This document shows, piece by piece, positions 26,727 to 32,000 of a stretch of 32,000 nucleotides of DNA. The position numbers and the translations under genes are program-made. The notes beneath the pieces were generated by a model. That model was not told the origin of the DNA and made no database searches. It worked only from the letters and a program-made list of their open reading frames with translations. Position 1 is the stretch's first letter. Each line of letters starts with the position of its first letter. The DNA is from Lewinellaceae bacterium (GTDB lineage: Bacteria > Bacteroidota > Bacteroidia > Chitinophagales > Saprospiraceae). The DNA is taken from the NCBI GenBank assembly GCA_963838715.1, contig CAWISE010000009.1, forward strand, positions 611,930 through 643,929, read 5' to 3'.

Positions 26727-27761
26727 ATGCGTTACGAAGTAAAGATTGGAATTTTAGCCGTGGTCGCCATTTTCGCGGCCTTCTGGGGGTTTAAATTCAT
26801 CCAGGGTAGTAACCTCTTCGACAACTCGAACGAGTATTTCATCAACTACCAGAACGTGGCCGGCCTGACGGTGGGCACCCCCGTACAGATCAGCGGGGTC
26901 AGCGTCGGTTCGGTATCCAACATCCAACTGGATCAGCAGAGCCGGCTGGTACAGGTGACGCTGGACATCCGGGACAACATTAACATCCCCGTCGGCACCA
27001 AAGCCTACATCAGTACCATCAGCCTGCTAGGGGAAAAAGCCGTGGAACTGGAATATTCCCAGCCCTGCTTCGGGGACGATTGTGCCCCCTCCGGCTCCAC
27101 CCTCGAAGGTTCCAACAAGGGTATTCTGGCCAGCTTCCTGGGCACCGACCCGGATGCCGACCCCGCCGACGGCCTCAAGGCGCAGGTGGGCAGTGCCATC
27201 GACACCCTGGAGTGGAAGCTGTTCAGTGAGGACAGCGACAACCCGATCGCCAAATCCAGCCGCGACCTGGCCGTGACCATGGACAACCTGAAGCGGGCAA
27301 CCGCCCAGCTGGAGGGTATCATGAACGCCAACCGCCGGGCCATCAGCACGACCATGGATAACCTGGCGTCCCTCAGCAACACCCTCAACGGCAAGGAAGC
27401 CGCCATCTCCGGTATCCTCGACAACGCCCAGCAACTGACGGGCAACCTGAGCGAACTCGAACTGGAGCAGACCGTCGAGCAGGTCAATGCCACCATGAAC
27501 CGCCTGCAGGGTACGATGAACGAGGCCGACCGGGCCCTGGGCAGCGTGACCGATGTGATGAATGACGTCAGTAACGGTAAGGGAACGCTGGGCAAGCTGA
27601 TGACGGACGACGAGATCTACAACCGACTCAACCGGGCCAGCCAGGCCGCCGACACCTTACTGACCGACTTTGCCGAACGCCCCTACCGCTACGTCCCCTT
27701 CAAGAGCCGGAAGCGTGTCCTCAAGTTCGACCGTAAGGACGAGGAACTGGAAAACCAGTAA
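26727..27761 (+). CDS. MlaD/MCE family protein
   Basis: The N-terminal anchor is MRYEVKIGILAVVAIFAAFWGF. The MCE domain reads YFINYQNVAGLTVGTPVQISGVSVGSVSNIQLD. It has a long helical Asn/Leu/Thr-rich tail. No mlaE or mlaF partner is present in the window. Confidence 0.85.
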   Translation: MRYEVKIGILAVVAIFAAFWGFKFIQGSNLFDNSNEYFINYQNVAGLTVGTPVQISGVSVGSVSNIQLDQQSRLVQVTLDIRDNINIPVGTKAYISTISLLGEKAVELEYSQPCFGDDCAPSGSTLEGSNKGILASFLGTDPDADPADGLKAQVGSAIDTLEWKLFSEDSDNPIAKSSRDLAVTMDNLKRATAQLEGIMNANRRAISTTMDNLASLSNTLNGKEAAISGILDNAQQLTGNLSELELEQTVEQVNATMNRLQGTMNEADRALGSVTDVMNDVSNGKGTLGKLMTDDEIYNRLNRASQAADTLLTDFAERPYRYVPFKSRKRVLKFDRKDEELENQ

Positions 27762-27763
27762 CA

Positions 27764-29251
27764 ATGCGGATACTTTCCGCCGACCAGCACCGGGCGCTCG
27801 ACCGCGCCACGATGAGCCGCGACAACCTCAACGGCAGCCAGTTAATGGAGCGGGCCACGACGGCCTTCGTTAAATCATTCGTCCGGGAATTCACCCCCCG
27901 GTCCGTGCTCGTGGTATGCGGCAGTGGCAACAACGGCGGCGACGGACTGGCCGCTGCCCGCCAACTCATCGGTCACGGCTTTACGGTAACCGTCTGGTTG
28001 CTCGAACTGGGTGAGTTCAGTGCCGATAACAGGGTCAATCAGAACAAGGGCGCGCGCGCGGGTGCAAAGATCTTAACGGTCTCTTCGTCGGCGGAACTTC
28101 CTCCGGTTACGGCCGACCTGATCATCGACGCCATCTTCGGAACGGGGCTGAGCCGGCCGCCGGAGGGGCTGGCCGCCGCGGTTATCGACCGACTCAACGC
28201 AACGGAGGTCACCCGGGTGGCCCTCGACCTGCCCAGTGGCCTGCGTACCGACGGGCCGTCGGAGGGTAGTATTTTCCGGGCGGACCGAACTTTTTCCATG
28301 GGCTATCCGAAACTGTGTCTGTTCGCCCCGGCCGCCGCCCGCTTTACGGGGAACTGGTCGCTGGTTCCCTTCGACACGGACGACGCTTACGTAGTCGGGA
28401 TGGATGGTCACCATCACATGATGACCCGGGAAGAGATCGGCAGTTTCCTCCACCGGAGAAGCGGGAACGATTACAAGGGAACCTTCGGCCACGCCCTGCT
28501 CGTGGCCGGCAGTTACGGTAAGATCGGGGCGGCGACCCTGTCGGCCCGGGCCGTCATGCGCTCCGGGACCGGTTTGCTGACGGTCCACCTGCCCCGCTGC
28601 GGCTATACGGTTATGCAGTTGGCCCTTCCGGAGGCCATGTGTACGGTGGACAGTCACGAGTACGTCTGGACGGACGAACTGGCCGTTACCGGCTACCAGA
28701 CGATCGGTGTCGGCCCGGGTCTCGGGACCGGTCCGCTGACCGCCAGGGCACTGGAACTGTTGCTATCCGCTACGGATAAGCCGATGGTCATCGATGCCGA
28801 TGCCCTGAACCTGATTGCGAAAAATGGCTGGTTCCGTCACATTCCGAAGGGTAGCATCCTCACGCCCCACCCGGGGGAATTTCGTACGCTATTCGGGGAG
28901 ACGGCGGATGACTTTGCCCGCTGGGAAATGCAACGTAAGCTGGCCGTCAAGCACGGCCTGGTCATCCTGCTGAAGACCGGCCACACAGCCATCGCCACTC
29001 CGGACGGTCAACTCTACTTCAATACCAGCGGTAACCCCGGCATGGGGACGGCCGGCATGGGCGATACCCTGACGGGGATCCTGACCGGTTTACTGGCCCA
29101 GGGGTATACCCCGTCTCAGTCGGCCCGCCTGGGGGTATACCTGCACGGGCTGGCGGGGGACCTGGCGGCGGACGCCGGCAGCGAGGAGAGTTTACTGGCG
29201 GGAGATTTGATCGGAAGGTTGGGAGCGGCGTTTGTTACCCTACGGTCCTGA
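27764..29251 (+). CDS. nnr: Bifunctional NAD(P)H-hydrate repair enzyme (epimerase / ADP-dependent dehydratase, YjeF family)
   Basis: The N-terminal YjeF_N domain reads VLVVCGSGNNGGDGLAAAR. The C-terminal carbohydrate-kinase-like domain reads GHALLVAGSYGKIGAATLSARAVMRSGTGLLTV and GNPGMGTAGMGDTLTG. It starts 3 nt after the MlaD-family stop. Confidence 0.9.
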   Translation: MRILSADQHRALDRATMSRDNLNGSQLMERATTAFVKSFVREFTPRSVLVVCGSGNNGGDGLAAARQLIGHGFTVTVWLLELGEFSADNRVNQNKGARAGAKILTVSSSAELPPVTADLIIDAIFGTGLSRPPEGLAAAVIDRLNATEVTRVALDLPSGLRTDGPSEGSIFRADRTFSMGYPKLCLFAPAAARFTGNWSLVPFDTDDAYVVGMDGHHHMMTREEIGSFLHRRSGNDYKGTFGHALLVAGSYGKIGAATLSARAVMRSGTGLLTVHLPRCGYTVMQLALPEAMCTVDSHEYVWTDELAVTGYQTIGVGPGLGTGPLTARALELLLSATDKPMVIDADALNLIAKNGWFRHIPKGSILTPHPGEFRTLFGETADDFARWEMQRKLAVKHGLVILLKTGHTAIATPDGQLYFNTSGNPGMGTAGMGDTLTGILTGLLAQGYTPSQSARLGVYLHGLAGDLAADAGSEESLLAGDLIGRLGAAFVTLRS

Positions 29252-29276
29252 TGGTCTGTCCAGCATCCCCGGTATT

Positions 29277-30047
29277 CTAGTACCCGATCACCTGCTTCAG
29301 CAGCCACCGTTTCACCCCGAAGGGCACCCACCCCCCGGTGATGGAGAAGACTTTAGCGTCCGTCCCCACGTAGCGGTGCACCTTGCCGCCCCGGCTGGTG
29401 GCGTAGATAGCTTCCGCTACGTCGGCGGGGGTGAGTTTAACCTGGGTATCCGGCAATTTCTTCAGCAGGTGCTGGTTGCTCGCCACCATATTCGTCCGGG
29501 CGTACATGGGGTTGATGTCAGAGACGCGAATACCGTACTGCTCCCAACCGATGTCCAGGGCCTCGGTGAAACTCTGTACCGCCCGCTTACTGGTAGCGTA
29601 GGTGACCAGTTCCGGATTACCGTGCAGGGCACTGGCACTGGCGATGTTGATGACCTGGCTGTTCGGGGTATCCCGCAAGGAGGGGAACGCCAGGTGGGTA
29701 AGTCGGATCATTCCGTTCAGGTTAACGTCCAGTACCTTCAGTTGTCGCTCGATGTCCAGTTCCTCAAAGGCTCCGACAACCATGATACCGGCGTTATTGA
29801 GCAGGATATTCAGCCGTCCTCCGGTAGCGGTGAGGAAGTGCGTCAGGGCTGCCCGACAGCTTTCGTGATCGGTTACGTCCAGTTGACTGAAACAACAGTT
29901 CTCCTCCCCTAACTCCTGACGGAGCGCTGCCAGCGGCCCGGTGGTCAGGTCGTAAAGGCCGATGAAGTATCCCTTGCTACGGAAGAGGCGTGCCGTCGCC
30001 TGTCCGAATCCTCCGGCCGCGCCGGTAATGAAGATGGTTGGTTGCAT
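29277..30047 (-). CDS. Short-chain dehydrogenase/reductase (SDR) family oxidoreductase
   Basis: ATG start. It has the TGxxxGxG motif (IFITGAAGGFGQA), NNAG, and the catalytic YxxxK (YATSKRAV). Confidence 0.9.
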   Translation of the reverse strand: MQPTIFITGAAGGFGQATARLFRSKGYFIGLYDLTTGPLAALRQELGEENCCFSQLDVTDHESCRAALTHFLTATGGRLNILLNNAGIMVVGAFEELDIERQLKVLDVNLNGMIRLTHLAFPSLRDTPNSQVINIASASALHGNPELVTYATSKRAVQSFTEALDIGWEQYGIRVSDINPMYARTNMVASNQHLLKKLPDTQVKLTPADVAEAIYATSRGGKVHRYVGTDAKVFSITGGWVPFGVKRWLLKQVIGY

Positions 30048-30065
30048 ACCGCAAGATAATCAGGT

Positions 30066-32000
30066 CTACCGCAGCAGGGTGAGGTCTCCGTGGTACCAGA
30101 CCTCCTCCCCGTCCACCAGCCGCACCAAAATCTGGTAGACGAATACCGCGGGGTTCAACGGACGGCCGTTCATTTCCCCACGCCAGCCAAATGCCTCGGT
30201 TCCGGCCAGCGGATCGTCCGCCAGGTCGTAAAGTTGCTCTCCCCAGCGATCGAAGATGCGCATTTGCAGGATCGCCGCTACCTGGGGGCCGGGATAGGGC
30301 CGGAAGAAATCATTTTGCGCATCCCCGTTTGGGCTGAAGGCATTCGGGATGAATAGGTCGATGGTCTCATCCACTTCGATCGTGACGTTATCGGTGGCCG
30401 AACAACCGTTCTCATCCAGCACCGTCAGCCGGAAACTTTGACTAAGGAAGGGGCGGACGGTCAGCGGACCGTCGCCGTGCAGCGGGGGCAACGGTCCCTC
30501 ACTCGTCCAGATCAGGGTATCCCAGGAAGGGGCATTCAGCGTAAAGTCCAGGGGCAGACTGTCCCCCAGCCGGATCGTTGTGTCCGCACGCAACTCCACT
30601 TCCAGCTTACGACCGGGTTCGAGGGTAAACTCCGTTTCCTCCGTACACCCGTCAGCGTCGATCACGGCTACCGTGTGGCGGCCGACCGGCAGGTCGTCGT
30701 AGTAGAGCCGGTCGGTCAGTATACCGCCGTCCAGCCGGTACCGGAACGGAGCGGTTCCACCGGTTACTTCCACGATCTCCACGGCGCCCGTTCGGTCCAG
30801 TTCACAGGCAGGTTGCTCCACTTCGATCTCCAGCCCGTCCACCGCAATGGCCCGTTGCTCCAGGACGGTGCTGCTACTGCTCACGCAGCCATTCTCGGTA
30901 TTGGTCACCGTCAAGACGTAGGTTCCTGGCTCCCGACCCCGCAGCTGGAAGGGATCTCCGGTAGGAATTCCGGTACTTCCGGGGCTACTCCAGCGCGGTC
31001 GGAAACGCCCCCCCCGACTGGATTCGGTACCGTCAATGGTAGACACCGTACGCGAACAGTTGAGGGGCTCCGGCGTGGAAAGCGACACGGTGGGAGGTAC
31101 CCGGTCTTCCGTAACCGTTACGGTCGTCGTGTCCCGGCAACCGTTGATCACGTTACGCGTCTCCAGCAAGTAAGTTCCCGTCCGTCCTACCCGGAAAGCG
31201 GGGACGGTAGCTATCGGTACCTGATCCGGCCGGAACCAGCGGTAAGCAAAGCGAATATCCTGTCCGGCCAGGGGAACGGCCAGCCGCACGGAATCCGTAA
31301 CGCAGGTCAATTGCCGCGGCGGGTCGATGGTAACGCTGGGTACCCTGAAGTCGGCGCGAACGGTAACCCCCGTAGTGTCCTGACAGCTATTGCCCGCATC
31401 CGTTACGATCAGCTGGTACGGACCCGGAGCGGTCGCGGCTAGTTCGGCCCGGTCCGGCGAGCCGGAGAGCGGCGCTTCGGGCGGACCGACCCAACGGTAG
31501 TTCAATCCTCTTCCACTACCCGTCGAGGGCCTTCCGTCCAGGGTCACCGTGCGCAGGTTGCAGTTGATCAGGAATACATCTTCCGCCAGCCTGGCCCGTG
31601 GAGCGATCGTATCTTCCGTTACCCGGACTACGTCCCCCGAACTACAGTCATTCACCGGGTCCCGGACCTCCAGTAGATAGGTGCCGGCAGCATCCACCGT
31701 CGGCCCCGGTTGACCCGCTCCACTAACGATATTACCGGTCCGCGTGGACCAACTGAATTCCCGCTGGCCGCTCAGCGTCACCGCCCCGCCGTTCAGCCGG
31801 ATGGACCGCAGTTCACAGTCCAGCGAGGTGTCCCGTCCGGCCTCGACCACGGGCGCCTCGATGTCCCGCAGGATGTGAACGGTATCCGTTTCCCTGCATC
31901 CGTTCAGCGGGTCGAAGGCCGTCAGTACGTAGCTGTCTGGTTGGTAGATGGTGGGGTTGGTCGAAGTAGCATTACCCACCTGGAACCCGATCGGGGAGCT
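30066..32000 (-). CDS. Large surface protein with type B T9SS sorting domain (gliding-motility-associated C-terminal domain). The 5' end lies outside the window.
   Basis: The frame stays open to nt 32000 (the track Met at 31979 is a GTG). The C-terminus is LFIPNAFSPNGDAQNDFFRPY...IFDRWGEQLY...GWRGEMNGRPLNPAVFVYQI. Upstream are at least 5 tandem roughly 90-100 aa modules. Each ends G(T/P)Y.L.V.(D/N)..N.C....... and then a T(E/A)D-like motif and P (for example GTYLLEVRDPVNDCSSGDVVRVTEDTIAP, GTYLLETRNVINGCRDTTTVTVTEDRVPP). Confidence 0.85.
   Translation of the reverse strand, partial: SSPIGFQVGNATSTNPTIYQPDSYVLTAFDPLNGCRETDTVHILRDIEAPVVEAGRDTSLDCELRSIRLNGGAVTLSGQREFSWSTRTGNIVSGAGQPGPTVDAAGTYLLEVRDPVNDCSSGDVVRVTEDTIAPRARLAEDVFLINCNLRTVTLDGRPSTGSGRGLNYRWVGPPEAPLSGSPDRAELAATAPGPYQLIVTDAGNSCQDTTGVTVRADFRVPSVTIDPPRQLTCVTDSVRLAVPLAGQDIRFAYRWFRPDQVPIATVPAFRVGRTGTYLLETRNVINGCRDTTTVTVTEDRVPPTVSLSTPEPLNCSRTVSTIDGTESSRGGRFRPRWSSPGSTGIPTGDPFQLRGREPGTYVLTVTNTENGCVSSSSTVLEQRAIAVDGLEIEVEQPACELDRTGAVEIVEVTGGTAPFRYRLDGGILTDRLYYDDLPVGRHTVAVIDADGCTEETEFTLEPGRKLEVELRADTTIRLGDSLPLDFTLNAPSWDTLIWTSEGPLPPLHGDGPLTVRPFLSQSFRLTVLDENGCSATDNVTIEVDETIDLFIPNAFSPNGDAQNDFFRPYPGPQVAAILQMRIFDRWGEQLYDLADDPLAGTEAFGWRGEMNGRPLNPAVFVYQILVRLVDGEEVWYHGDLTLLR

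Noticed and set aside
1-32000. Search for CRISPR arrays, IS elements or transposases, toxin-antitoxin pairs and known defence-system genes.
   Set aside because: I saw no regularly spaced direct repeats. No ORF had transposase, integrase, Cas, restriction or ATPase-nuclease hallmarks. The only nuclease-fold candidate is the GxxExxY ORF, which is reported separately.

Overview
This is a high-GC chromosomal segment that looks like Bacteroidota. That is an inference from several type A and one type B T9SS C-terminal sorting domains, TAnnTTTG-like promoter boxes, A-rich rather than Shine-Dalgarno start contexts, and an ELWxxDGT-repeat protein. I see no integrase, transposase, CRISPR array or recognisable defence genes. 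Housekeeping genes are a SulP/STAS permease (5' truncated by the window edge), a GreA/B-like factor, an aldo/keto reductase, glutamate synthase gltB-gltD, agmatine deiminase, tRNA-Gly(GCC), a PfkB kinase, glpD, an MlaD/MCE protein, nnr and an SDR. These alternate with predicted exported proteins: a CotH kinase-LTD protein, a PEP/pyruvate-binding ATP-grasp protein, an M23 peptidase, an ELWxxDGT protein and a large type B adhesin-like protein. Five observations deserve a second look. (1) A lower-GC GxxExxY (PD-(D/E)XK-like) ORF sits inside the gltB-gltD spacer, bracketed symmetrically by about 110-nt inverted flanks with a 43-nt core that matches at 39/43. (2) A 16-mer, GCACCTGCGC(G/C)CCGTC, occurs six times, each time between ORFs I accept as genes. 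Two inverted copies form a perfect 18-bp hairpin. (3) Two T9SS-tagged ATP-utilising folds, CotH kinase and PPDK_N ATP-grasp, are transcribed divergently. (4) The ATP-grasp gene is broken by two compensating 1-nt frameshifts about 97 nt apart. (5) A 448-nt non-coding region with an AT-rich island lies upstream of gltB. All family assignments come from motifs I recognise by eye. No searches were run.
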